The position numbers and the translations under genes are program-made. The notes beneath the pieces were generated by a model, which searched no databases, was not told the DNA's origin, and saw nothing but the letters and a program-made list of their open reading frames with translations. From Laetmonice hystrix (taxonomy: Eukaryota), in NCBI GenBank assembly GCA_965235115.1, contig OZ249437.1, positions 30,628,001 to 30,692,000 of the forward strand: a DNA stretch of 64,000 bases. Direction: 5' to 3'. Below are positions 11,308 to 23,800 of the stretch, piece by piece (position 1 is the first letter of the stretch; every line of letters begins with the position of its first letter).

Positions 11308-14300
11308 CTAGCTTGATTTCTTTAGGTCACTGTCTTTCACAAAATATTCTCTAAGAGCATTTAGTGCACGATATCGATGCGATATTGTGTTCTTCACATC
11401 TTTGTCCATTTCTGCATATGTTTGATCAAAACCATCTGGTTGAAAGCAAGGATCCCAACCAAAATCTCTGGGCCCTCTAGGTTGTACGATCTTTCCGGCA
11501 GTTTTCCCCTCAAAAACTAAAACTTCATCTTCTGGCTTTCCACTGGAGTACGCAAATGTGCATAAAGCATAAGCAGATTTGTCTTCGAATCCATTAAGCA
11601 GCTTAAATAGTCCTGAAAGCATACAATTAGAATTGCTCACTTACTAATACCCATGTATACTGTACAACGGAAAAGAATACGTATCTGACAGATTATTCAA
11701 GTATATTTGACTTTCTACCTATTTATGATATATTTATGTGTAAGTTCAGCCTTCTCAATAAGCGCCGGCGGCCAGCAGTTTTGCCCGCCCACATCCCAAA
11801 AACCGCTGGCAACTTTCTCAAAATCAAAAATCGTTTTTAGTCCAGTATGTCGTCCAACATAAATCTGAGTGTAACTGATCTATTTACCCCCCAAATTGAT
11901 GTCAATTTTACTCTCAGAATGTACAAGAGTTCACCTACAGACACCAAGAAATCAAAACTTTTCAGGGGGATGCCCCCAGACACCCCCCCCCCCCCCCAAG
12001 CAAGAGTGGGTTCCCTCTTCCCACCCCCAAGGTCAGCACGGCATCGACCTACGGCTGCTGCACTATAGGGCCACCTCCTACTTTGTCAACTTCCCCTTCT
12101 ACTATTATTGAAACCCCTGAAGTTAATACAATGTTATCACTTACCTTCTGGTTTTATCTTGTCAAGGAACCACTTAATATAAGGGCCTGGCATGCCTCCC
12201 AAAGCATTGAAACACAGACACGTGTCTTCAATCATTACTGGTCCTTTGATATGTTTGGCAGCTTCCTTACACTTAGCGATAGATATCTCGGCTGGTTCTC
12301 CTTGGTATTCTGGTAAGTCGATCTTCTGGCTCAACACCTGTAACAAGAACTACCTGTAATCACTATAATTCATTTATCTGACTACTGTAACAGCTCAGCC
12401 CCAACAATCTGTGATACCGAGCACACCATCTATCTCCTGTAAAGAATTGCCTCAATGCACTTTGGAAAGTCAGGTTTGAAGTAACGCTATAATATAAATG
12501 AGACGATCAGCCCTTACATCCTTGAGAGAGGACAGTTTTAAAATGCTATCATGAAAAATCAACATCAGCAGATATGGCCTGTTGTGAAGTTTCCTTGATG
12601 TGGTGCTAATTTAGTGAGCGGCATAATGTTGTTTAAGAAGATGGATGAAAAACATCTGCTAAGATATCTAATATAATACATTCACAAAGGATCTGGAAGT
12701 AGGAACACATCTGATGGTCTGACGTCGACAGTTTACAACCATTTTTTTGTCATGGCCTTTATGAAGAAAAAAAAGTCATCAACCCACCTTATAGGGAAAA
12801 GATTCACCAAGTATATGAACAACTTCTTTCAGCTTGTTGGCATTGCCAGTGACAAAAACAATTGACCGTGACATATCAGCATCTGTTAAGAAAATTAATC
12901 TGACAGATTAGGTAGTTTAGGTGGTGCTACCTGTCAGTACCAGGTTCATTACATTCATAACATCAGCAGATTCACTTTATTGCTAGCTATATATTGTATC
13001 ATGCTGAAGGTAATGTTTTCTTTAATAAATGTTTTACACACATACCTACCATATAATACATATTCAAAACATCACAAAAACTTTCCAGGAATATTTCTAA
13101 GTAAACCACACAATTATTTCCCCAGACAATGAACCAAGTTTGGGGTGTAACTTCCAGGGCAGCTGAAGTGTGGGGTGTCAAGTGTTACATTCCCCACATT
13201 AACACTTCCATAAATTGGGGTTCAGGTTAAAGTTGGGGGTAGGGGCAACACTTGTGATACAGGGAGTACGTTAGCGGTCGCCACGCTCGCAAACGCGAAT
13301 ACCTACCGCTTGTGGCGAGGTCCACTGCCAAAATAAACCAACAAATTCGCCACGCGTGCGAATTCCACTATCCCCCAGTTTATAGCCCAGGTATCCCCCG
13401 GGAGTGCCGTTTCTCTCAAAGCCCGCACGGCTCATCCGCCACATGTATTGACTCTGGGTGGAGCACTGTGTGTAGGTGTCACATGTAGGTGATCAGGGAC
13501 CATGGTGACCGATCCACACAGCCCGGTCACTGCGCCAGGCCAGGGTACCACATATATACGCACTGCCCAGGTCGCCGACCTTAGTGCTGGCCCGTCACCC
13601 CTTGGCCATGGCCCCCACTCCTCATGTGCTGGGAGAGGCCAGGTGATACCAGGTCACATGGCATGAAGGTGGGGAGTCAGCTCGGCCCGCTTAATATGGG
13701 GTGGGGTCGGGGTTGTTAGGGGGGATCGCCGCAATAAGGGGTATATAGGCTAGGTATGGTACCCCTCAATGTGGGCCGGGCCCCTACTGAGACATCCCGA
13801 TATTCTTGCCGAGAGGGCCACTTGTGTAGAGTTATCCTAGCTCTAGACAGCTCATTCCTTTAAAAAAAACTGTCACTACACACAGGCAGCAAATGACAGC
13901 GAATGAAAGTACCTTTCTTTTAAGAAACAGCAAACACTTTATAATATCAGAGTATGTGAACACCGTGGGACCGACGGCCCGAGACCCGCTAAAAACCTGT
14001 CGGTCCGACAGACCTTCCTATTTAGCAGGCCCGATTGTCCCGCACACATTTGGCTGTTATGTACCCACCTAAGTCCCAAGTAGGCATCCATTGAGGAGAC
14101 GCTGCTACACTACATGCAATAGACTCCACTACACTGTCCTTTAGCCAACCAGAGCACAGATATACATTTTACATTTATTTATACATTTATTCTATTGCAC
14201 CTGGTAATGACACCAGCATAATAAAGACGTGTTATATTCATGAGCATGCGTTTTTGTGTAATTTTTGAAAAGTGACGTATTTCAGTAGGTCAGACAGAAC

Positions 14301-14919
14301 TCTGGTAGGTCCCCCAGACTTGTTACTTCTGCAGGACCGCAGGTCCTGCAGAAATTTTGGCACTTTCACATACTCTGTAATATACAGAGAAATTCATATA
14401 ATCTAAATAAAAAAAACAACATTTCCTTAACAATACTGTGGCTAAAACTTTTTCCATGTGGCGAGTTCTTTTCCTCAGTTGTTAGCCACTGTGGCTAAGA
14501 CCCAAAATTCACTAGTGTGCTCCCTGTGATAGTGATAGTGTTTTGAGGTGTGGGAACTGAGATGACAAAATTTTGTGGAGACATTACCACAGATCAACTA
14601 TATACAGGGTTCAAGACCAGTATTTGATGCTTTACCTTTTGCCACTAAAAGTCTCTTGCTACTATACTCCCTTTAGGGTCTCTTTTTTCAAGTTTGTTCT
14701 CCACCTGAATTTTCATAGGGATAACTATAAGCACAGAAAGGGTCAATCAAAAGTACCCTGTATCACTTCGTTTGACTATATCATTGCCAGGGTCGGCCTA
14801 CCCTAATTACCTGTATCCCCTCCTGCCGCCGGATCATCCAATATTTTTGACTTCTTCAAGGTTCCGTTTACCTCGTCGGTGGATTCAGCAGCTGCTGTTC
14901 TCTTCCCTGCTTCCGACAT
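11308..14919 (-). CDS. ITPA: Inosine triphosphate pyrophosphatase (HAM1 family), with an N-terminal extension
   Basis: Exons 14919-14811 (in-frame upstream ATGs at 14946 and 14973), 12882-12788, 12337-12145, 11612-11308. Motifs [61 protein letters not shown]. Confidence 0.96.
11747..12119. mobile_element. hAT-like MITE with a 5-bp TSD (AAGTT) in ITPA intron 3
   Basis: Imperfect TIR cagccttctcaataag / attattgaaacccctg; AAGTT at 11742-11746 and 12120-12124. Confidence 0.7.
13948..14377. mobile_element. hAT-like MITE with a 6-bp TSD (TAATAT) in ITPA intron 1
   Basis: TIR cagagtatgtgaa/ttcacatactctg; TAATAT at 13942-13947 and 14378-14383. Confidence 0.8.
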
Positions 14920-15171
14920 CACAGCAGCTCTGCAAAACCCAGACATTAATCTCAGGATTCCCTTATGATCCATGACCACATCATATGTCATCTTACACAT
15001 GGCCTTTCCAGTTTCAGAGTTTGTGCCTTTACTTAGCTTCAGTGCCGGCTGTACAGAAGGTCAAGGTCCTGCTCAAGCCCCCTCCCCCCCCCCCCGGCAG
15101 TTTTGATAGGGATACCGCTCAAGTTCAACACACACACAAACACACACCATTGGACTGCTATCAGTAACTGT

Positions 15172-15468
15172 CAGGGGCGGATCTAGCTTTCAGGAAAGGT
15201 GGGGCAGGCGCGGATCCAAGGGGGGGGGGGGGTCCAGACTCCCCTCCCCCCTGCTCGGGACCAACTTAGGTTTTTGTAATGTTACCGGGGAAGGGCCCCA
15301 GACCATTGCCCCATCTCCCGGCAGTTCGCATCTTCTGGACCCCCCCCCCCCCTGCAAAAATTCCTGGATCCGCACCTGCATAATAACATAATAATAGTCA
15401 CCAGCTGGGGGGGGGGGGTTGCAACCCCACAACCCCCCCCCCCCCCCCTCCCTCTAGATCCGTCACTG
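15172..15468. mobile_element. hAT-like MITE (5-bp TSD ACTGT) containing a nested related MITE at 15205-15378
   Basis: Outer ends caggggcggatctag / ctagatccgtcactg with ACTGT at 15167-15171 and 15469-15473; inner ends caggcgcggatcca / tggatccgcacctg. Confidence 0.8.
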
Positions 15469-17064
15469 ACTGTGATTAGGGTAGTGGTGCCCAGCCACAG
15501 ATTTTCTGGGCGATTAGTTCAGTTTCTTTACGGTAGGGCCCTACTTTGTCTAATAATTTATAGTAGGGTGTCCAGCACTTTTTTGATCTTTTGTAATAAT
15601 CCCTAATATGTCTTTGCCATTGTATAGAGTAGGTTAAAACCAGCAAATTGATACCTCTTGCAACATTCTAGCACAAATACTTAAAATTTTATGGACCTTT
15701 ACCTATATCTGATTTGCAAAAGAATTCTGGCAAATTCACCTTTGTGGACTCTGCATCTACACAGATACAAGGAAGGCTCCGAATGACAAGATTTATTGAC
15801 TTTATTGGTCTTTAAAGCCGTTAGAGCCAACTAAGAAATGTTCTGGTAGTTCCATTCACTTCACATGAGTTTGAGGGGAATTAGTCCATGTCAATCATGT
15901 AACCCATGTCGCTGCTGGTCAAAATGACATGATGTGCCACGGCACGCGGTTCATGCCTAGCCGCGGACAGTGGGCGCGGGTCCCGGGATGTGTCAAGCGT
16001 GTCCCCGGCACTTCGAGCAGGGCGAGAGCGCTGCTGCGGGACCCCGTGCTGCGGCGAACGCGGACCGGTGTACACCGTGGCTCGGGCCCGAACTCTGCTA
16101 CCCCCACTCCCCTTCTGTCTTTGCGCTCACGTGCGCTAAGCTATAATTATATGAAGTGATGTTTTCCTGACATAGAATTTGTCAACAAAGCGATTTAAGA
16201 TTGTCCCAGACATGCCCAAACAGTTCTTCATATCCAAATTAACATTTGAAATGCAGCTAAAACTTTGAACCGTTATTATTTACAGTAGACATCGGTAGAT
16301 TTACCTTAAAACTATACCATTTTGAAGCAGAATTATCCATTCTTGCGCTCGAATGTCAAAAAGAGGCAAAAGATGACCCATTTATGACGACAAACAGCAT
16401 TTATCATGTGACCACCCCAGCTCTCAAAATGGAGAACCAGGTCACACAGCCACAGATTGTTTACAAGAACGACCTACTTCACGTGTGCCACTAAGTGGTA
16501 AACGTGACAAAAGGTGTTTATTTCCTAGCTGCGATTATTCAAAAAGTTCTTTTCTTGCATGTCAGTACCTTAATCATGTGTGTAAGCTTATAGTAAGATG
16601 TAGAACAGCTGGTTTAATGACAGAGGATTAGCATTGTGCCAGATACGATGTTCAATATGGCGGCATTCGCTGGACACCCTATTTATAGTTAGATCTACTT
16701 GAACACACATTAGCAGGCCTTATAAGTTATACCTGCCCCTGCCCTGGCCTGAGTCTGCTTAGTTAGGCTAGCCTTAATTAGCTTAGGCCACGTTAGGACA
16801 AGGTCCAAGAGCTCAATTAAAACCCGTAGGCCTACATTAGTCCGCAGATTTTGTAATTTTTTATCCAAATTCGTGAAGCTATAATTCATCAGGGTCGTCT
16901 ATGTCAAACGTGAATACAAACCCCGTCACAGACCCGTCGATGCACGTGTCGTCCGCATCACCGGCCAGGACAGTCGCATAAAAATGTTCCGCAAATAACT
17001 TTTGGTTATTGGTGTCTCGGTTTAGCACCAGGTGGCATCTATAGTCGGAGTACCTTTACCACAG

Positions 17065-17217
17065 GGGCCGGTTTTACTAAGGAGTCGAAAATAACGACGT
17101 CGAAAATTTAACATAGAAGTGAATGGGTTGCTAGGTTGAAAATAACGACCTAGCAACCATTCACTTCTATGTTAAATTTTCGACGTGGTTATTTTCGACC
17201 TTTAGTAAAACCGGCCC
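17065..17217. mobile_element. Near-perfect palindromic MITE, PIF/Harbinger-like (GGGCC ends, CAG TSD)
   Basis: gggccggttttactaa...ttagtaaaaccggccc; almost the whole 153 bp folds back; CAG on both flanks. Confidence 0.85.
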
Positions 17218-17472
17218 CAGATTAGCATTAGTGTATGGTAATCTGTGCCTTTACTCTCTGTTGTGCCAGTCTCCACGTAAATATTGAGGAGTGCGGGGTA
17301 TTTTTTAAATTAATGAGGAACACTTTCTTTATTCAAAGCCCTAGATATATCTCCGAGCTTATTAATTTTATTTTCTGTGGCAGCCTATAATATGCCTCTG
17401 CTTTATCTCTCCTTTATCACTATTGCCATGTCTAATATTAATACTAGGCCTAATAGTCTCAACATATGATTG

Positions 17473-19830
17473 TCACTGGTTTAGTTTAAGCATCTGTATT
17501 TCTGTCGAGATGTTGCTCCTTGCCTGGGCTTCATACTTTTCTCTGAACTGTGGACTGGCGAAAAGATGAGGCTGCTCCAGGAACTTCTTCAATACCTATA
17601 AGGTATAAATTGTTTTAATATAACAGCTTTAAACGTCAGTTAGAAGTGGCACATACAGCGGGGTGCAACCCCCTAACTTTGGCAAACAATCCCCCCCCCC
17701 CCCCCATACAATCCTGGGGACTCCCTGGTTAGGGCATCAGTTAACAGTATCAACAGATTACTATCTATATAGGCCTACAGTTTCCTTCTTTTCAAAATAC
17801 ACTTCAGAGGAAGTATCAGCACTGCCGGTATTTTGAAATACATGTATAGGCCTAGCCTAAGATATAGGCCTATAGGATTGTAGCCTATGGAGGCAGAGGA
17901 CTTTAATACATTAGACTGATTAGTGCCCTTACCCACCTCCTAAAAGAGGTGCGTTGTTAAAGTCCTTCGTATAGTCTATAAACTTATTATTATTAGCCTA
18001 AAATAAAGTTGTTGGTGGAAGGTGTAAAGTTTCACCTCTGCTCTGCTATTCCTGTATACTGGATCTGGAATATGGATGTATTCTTGGCGGATTTCATCAG
18101 CATACATAAGGTAGTCTGAAATTGAATAGACAATTTCATACCATCATGAGACAATCGGCATTGCTTGTGTCTGCTCCAATAATTTACAGTAAGAGACCTG
18201 TGGCACGTTTAATTATAGTGCCCCTTAAAATGGAAAATATCTAATTACTGCACTCTTTAGGAGTGATCGAAGACAACAGTAAATGAGGAATAGGCCTAGG
18301 CCTTAAGCTATAACAGTAACATATTTCTATGTGCACCCATAAAAATTCTGTTAAAAAGCCGATCTTTCTCCCGGGGTGCCATATAATTATAAACAGAGCC
18401 TAGTTAATTTAAAACTTACTTTCCCGTGGCCACCCTAAGACTTCCATGTCCATGTCAAGAAAGTAATGAACATCATCCGTGCCCTGTGAATCCTCTGCAT
18501 GACCTGCTGTCAAATGGGTCTTGGTTTCTAGGATCCACTCGGAAACCTTATCTGTCAATGCTGGCTGAAAGGGCAGAATAAAAGAGCATAGAAAAGATCA
18601 ATCAAAACGTATTTTGCTGGTTCCCTCCCCATTAGACTTAAAAAAATAAAAGTTCTTATAGATCTATAATTAAGCTGCCTACCTGTTCATGCATGGCCCA
18701 TAAAATATGGGATGCTCGTGAATCATACCAAATTCACAATTTCTCCCTCGTAGTATAAGTGAAGGAATGTGCATGACTGGCGATTCATTTTATGCTGATA
18801 AGGCATGGGAAGAGAATGGTAGGCTACATTTACATACGTGTGGACTCACTTACATCTAATTTTGCATCCTGGGAGAAGGTTTGGAAGAGAACCTGACTGC
18901 ATTCCTCATTGTCATCGGCCCATGGTTCATAGATTATGCTGAAATGAAATACATGTACAAATATTATACACAATTGTTATTCTGTACCATCTAAGGTAGT
19001 TTAATTTTAAAGAAATCATTGGAGTGTACTACCTTAATTGAATCTGGTTTAAAAGATTTTTCCTTTTGATCCTAAGAAGGACGAATTAATAAGATTAACA
19101 CGTACTCGTGAAATATCGTGGCAAGTGTGACTGCCTCCTGGTCATGGATTACGTTTTCATAACTTTCCATCAACTCGAGCATGTGTTCAACATGACCCAG
19201 TGTATGATAGCGCCTCTGTACCTCACCGTACCGCTGTTTCACTTCATGCCACCAGTGCTCTCCACAACAATATTTCTTTAGTGCAGTCTCTGTCCTATCA
19301 AAGAAAGATTATAGCCTAGCTACGCCGTCCATATGCACACCAATTTGCTAAACGCATGTCCGTTTCCTTGATGGTGAAGAAAGGTTTGTAAAGCACAATC
19401 TTATGATAGAGTTTGAGGGGCTAAGTGGGCTCTTTAAAAACCCATTGATTACAAATACATGTATTACAAATATTTTGCACACAACATTAGTAGTAATAGG
19501 CCCACACGGCTTGCGCCTAGTCTTACTCACACAAATTATCTAAAGTAACAAAACCAAAACTAATATACAATCTCAATGGAGTTTAATTCTAACAGTAGGC
19601 TTATTACTACTACTCATATTTTAATTATACAGCTAGTCACCAGAGGGCAGTAGTGCATTGTTGCTGTGATACTCTGACCTATAATGTTGTTTTCCAGAAT
19701 CTTGACGAAGACAGTGCGATAAAATTCCCAGGAAGAGTGTTTATATATTAAACCACTAAGGTGGACCCGCCAAAATATGAGAAATTGAGTCCATTGCTAT
19801 TCCATACCTAGAGCCTTTTGAGTCTGTCAT
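17473..19830 (-). CDS. Uncharacterised HD-superfamily metal-dependent phosphohydrolase (COG4339-type), about 214 aa
   Basis: Exons 19294-19106, 18938-18854, 18564-18420, 18115-18036, 17595-17473 are phase-consistent; the first exon 19830-19808 (MTDSKGS) is tentative. Motifs RRYHTLGH, LATIFHDIIYEP..DNEE.S, ILETKTH, YFLDMDMEVLG, IRQEY, ARSN..EI. Confidence 0.85.
19637..19650 (+). promoter_or_regulatory. CTCF-like motif
   Basis: tcaccagagggcag matches the CCACCAGRGGGCRS core; motif match only. Confidence 0.35.
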
Positions 19831-19919
19831 GACGCCTTTCGTCAATAAGCCAGGTGGGAGTCGCAATGCACCACCTATTTCGTCATGTAAACTATCTCGC
19901 TCAAAATAAGGAGTGTAAC

Positions 19920-20000
19920 TGCACAGTCAGGGTGGTTCCGTAGTTTACCACAAGATGGCACCATTATCCGGGAAATCGCTCAGAACGGGAAGCCCTCCTC
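19920..20000. promoter_or_regulatory. Likely promoter of the HD phosphohydrolase gene (possibly bidirectional)
   Basis: CpG-containing patch with a YY1-like caagatggc and ETS-like ccggga/cgggaag, between the TRMT13 poly(A) signal (AATAAA on -, 20345-20350) and the HD gene start. Confidence 0.4.
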
Positions 20001-20819
20001 TTTGTTGCTCCATATAAGTCTGACCGAAACTTTTCCAGTCTCAAGTCAAGGTAGCATCAGCACTAGCCTATGCACAGCCATGCGATTGTCCATAGATTCC
20101 ATTTTAATACTCGACACCCTCATAAACAATTTACAATGGACTTAGAGCAAGTAAGTGAACTGGTATTTTTTTGATCCTCTTGGCTGTATTGCAGTCATAT
20201 TTAGAGCGAGAAAATGTTTAAAACTTGAAATAATAGTCCTAAGACTATTGTGTCCACGTGTCCCAGATGGCAATGAAGAGGAGTCTATGACTTAAAAAGC
20301 ATGTAAATACAAAAGTTTACAAACCAAGACGTCTAGTAAAAACGTTTATTATACAAGCTGATTTACACCTTCATATCAATTTTCTCAATAAATTGTGGCA
20401 TTATTGTTTTTTTTTAATATGGCATGAAACTGCATAGACCATTAAAAAAAACATTTTTGTTTGTTTACTGATAATTTTTGACCTCACCACTGGACTCCCT
20501 ATTTTCGGTTGTAAACTAAAAGCAAGCAAATCCATATTTGGATTACGGGAAGATAATGTCAACTTGACTTTTGTAGCATCCTATTACATCACCGACTCCC
20601 GTCTGACACAGGTGTTGGATTGGCTGGGAGAGAAACAGACAAAAAGTCAACCATTACCAATTGGGAATCGAGACATCGGCAGTTCTGTATTATCCGCAGT
20701 AATTAGACTGCCAAAGAAATATTGTTGACCTGGATCATTCCCAATGATTTTGATCACCACATTTCATCAACCTTATCAAATATGCAGCCCCAGGTAAAGT
20801 GTGAGTTTCTATCAAAATG

Positions 20820-23800
20820 TCACTTTGAACTGTAGTATAAAAATTTGTTAGTATAAAAAGGAATCTGTGAACTATTACTATAAATGGAAGGAACCTGCAA
20901 ACCTTTGTCATTGGTGGCTAAGAGAACTACATTCTCCAGTGTGAAGCTCAGTTCGGTGTACGCTACTAGTTGAGACATAAAATTGTGTTGCTTCAGGAAC
21001 TGGACACGCCCCATGTCGATCAACTTTTTACACTTGAATCCCACTTCCTCTCTCTCCTCGGGTGTCATGGTGCCGTACCTGGGGATTTATCCTTTTTTAT
21101 TACAAGGTTTATATTCCACATATCCACATATTCCAGTCCTTATATTGTCACAAGAAAATTCCATAACTTTTCGATGCGTTTGATCCCTGCTTTTAAGGGC
21201 CCCCTGATAACCATGGTAGACAACAGTCAGCAGAGATTTACAGGTAAAAGGGAACAATAAAACAGTAAACAGAGAAATAGTTTTTCTGTTTGCCATATGA
21301 ACCCTCTTCATAGAATATGAAGGGACCTTCCATTCATTGCAAATTGCGATTTTTTTTATCCACACTTTTAGGGGGTTTCGTTACATTCAAGAGCAAGTAG
21401 AAGGGCAACGTAGAAGATGCATAAATTTATTAATAAGTCTTTTAGGTGAAACTGCACAAAATCTAAAAGCAGCATGCATGACAAAAACTTTCATCTTGCT
21501 ATCTTGAGACACCTACCTGGGATGGTGGTATTCCTCACTGGTATGGCTGGAGTCTGGTTCATTATCCTCCTGGTGGGGATTCTCAAAACTAACATCACCT
21601 TCCCGTTCTGAAAGATCATTAATCTATGGGTAGCCAACAGTTTGGATAAACCAAATCATTCCCATTGCGAGCGATTACATATACAGTCAGACATTGTTAA
21701 TCCGTGCTTCATTAAGTCCGTATACCTCACAATCTGAACACACTTTCTGGTAACCTCTTCTACCATTTTCTATTTAAAATGATTCAGTAATCCATGTTTC
21801 ACACACCGAACACATTTTAATGGGCACCAAGCTGTTCGGATAAACGAGGTCTGACTGTAATTCACAAACCTGAGGGATAGGACTGTGTATTGTAGAACAC
21901 ATGTTCTCAAAAACAAGAAGTGAACTATTCAAAAGGTACAAAAAGGTGGCCAACTCCGATCTGTATACATGTATATGAATATTACATTACTTAATCTCTC
22001 CAAGGGTTTACACACAAATACAGTTGGACCTCATTAATCTAATCATAACAGTTTGTGGGAGAAAGGCGTCAGATCTTCAGTATGCCCATATATTTGGTGT
22101 CTACAACATATTGTAGACAGTCGTGCTGAAGTCGTGCACAAAAACCAGTTGGTTTATGAACCATTTGTGTAGAGAAAAAGTCTTTCATGCCTCTAAACAA
22201 ATTGAACTACCTTTGAGTTTTTCCAGAAACTTTCGAGTGGCACAGGTAGCCCAGCTGGTCATGGATGTGAGTAAACCAAACTCTCTTGGCCCGATTCCCC
22301 AGTCCCGCATGACAGATTTGGCCACATAGCTCTGCCAATCACACCTGTGGTGGCAGCAAAGGGCCAGGACTAGGCCCTCAACGTACCTGCAATCACAAAT
22401 TTTGGCTTAAAACATCAAGATGACAAAAACATCATACACTATTTCTTGAATAACCATACGCGTGATTGCAAGATCTAATTTGATTTTAGTGGATTCTCTT
22501 GTTAAACCCCTGCTTTACACATGGATATTTAAAGCATAAAGCATCCTTGCAATAGAAGATTTCCACAACTTTACATATGCACCCTTGAATCCTAATTCTC
22601 TTTTTATTAAAATTTAACTTCAATTTACATTACTTTTGGCCGAAATCTTGATATGATTTTTGGAATAGAACTAAGTCATTTTATAGCGTTATCAAAATTT
22701 CCTTGCATTTTCGATTAAGAAAATTCCTTACAGATTATTCTCACTGTTTTTGCCATCTGTCTCGCCCAAAGTTTGCAAGAGACACCGTAACATCAGATCT
22801 GAAAGAACAATTACGTGCTTTTGGATAAACTCAAAGATATAGTCACTTATTGTAAACACTTATTATAAACAGAGGAGAGAAAGTAGTAATATATTACCAT
22901 TACTTATGCTGCCTTAGCATATAAAACACTATCTAATGCCTCAAAATCATACCAGTTGCACCCCCACACAGGTGTTTGCCTAGCCCAACTATGGGGCGCT
23001 GGTTGTCCTGCAGACTCGGGACTTTTTCTGAAACGAACAAGATCAGAAAACTGTTCCCAGATCAGAGGTACCTGGGAAGTTATAGCTATGATAAAACTAA
23101 ATTACTAACTCTAGTACATGTATATCATATTTTCATCTAACCCCAGGTCCATGACATAGAATGATTCTGATCATGTTACATCGGTGGTAGCATGCTAAGT
23201 GTTATAGTTATGCCTTTAAGCTTTACATGATACAGTGGAGTCCGGTTATAACGAAGTACTCGGGACCGAGGGAAAGATTCGCTACATGCGGAATTCCGTT
23301 ATAAGCGGGAGACGCCTTAATGTGTCAGTTGGCCACCAGGTGGCTCTTCCTACTAGATTTAGTCATGATGTCCGTAACTGCCGCTAGAGTGCTTTCTAGG
23401 CAGGCCTAAATATAGGCCTAATCACCAATCAATTTTTTGTTTAGGACCTATGTGTTATAGACACCAATGCTATTATGCACAGGGTGTAAAATTAGCGGTG
23501 CGGCATGCCGCATTATTTTTGCTCCGGGCGCATCCACATGATGACCCTATGCGCCCGCCGGGCGCATTGGATGATTTGCCGTCTTGCGCCAGCGATGACC
23601 TTCTAACTGAGCGAGCCACACGTGTGTCACAGCAGTCCGCAGACTGTGTACTCTGCCTTCCCTATTCATGGAATGGGATGATCCATCCAGAGCGCAGTGA
23701 TTGATTGTTCCATTCCACACTGGGGGTGGACACGGTGGACATGTTCGACCCCAGCCAAGCTGTCCGTCACTGGCAGAAGGCTGGGTCAAGGTGTCTGCAG

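Noticed and set aside
15190-15450. Poly-Gly/poly-Pro ORFs and G-quadruplex systems at the many G/C homopolymers
   Set aside because: The runs are internal parts of MITE families, and the ORFs crossing them are by-products.
19295-19370. Alternative HD first exon (MRLANW) near 19341-19360
   Set aside because: It would need a 46-nt intron with a weak donor; 19830-19808 was preferred, though still tentative.
20705-20730. 15-nt inverted match (aaagaaatattgttg) to the HD exon near 19260
   Set aside because: A match of this length is expected by chance in 64 kb of AT-rich DNA.
19106-21078. TRMT13-HD phosphohydrolase fusion by splicing
   Set aside because: Possible donors near the end of TRMT13 are phase 0 or 1 while the HD exon at 19294 needs phase 2; a poly(A) signal and a promoter-like patch lie between the genes.
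22745-22798. Earlier donor (A|GTGAGA at 22744) for the TRMT13 exon
   Set aside because: It gives phase 1 and a stop in the next exon; the donor at 22731 (CT|GTAAGG) restores the frame.
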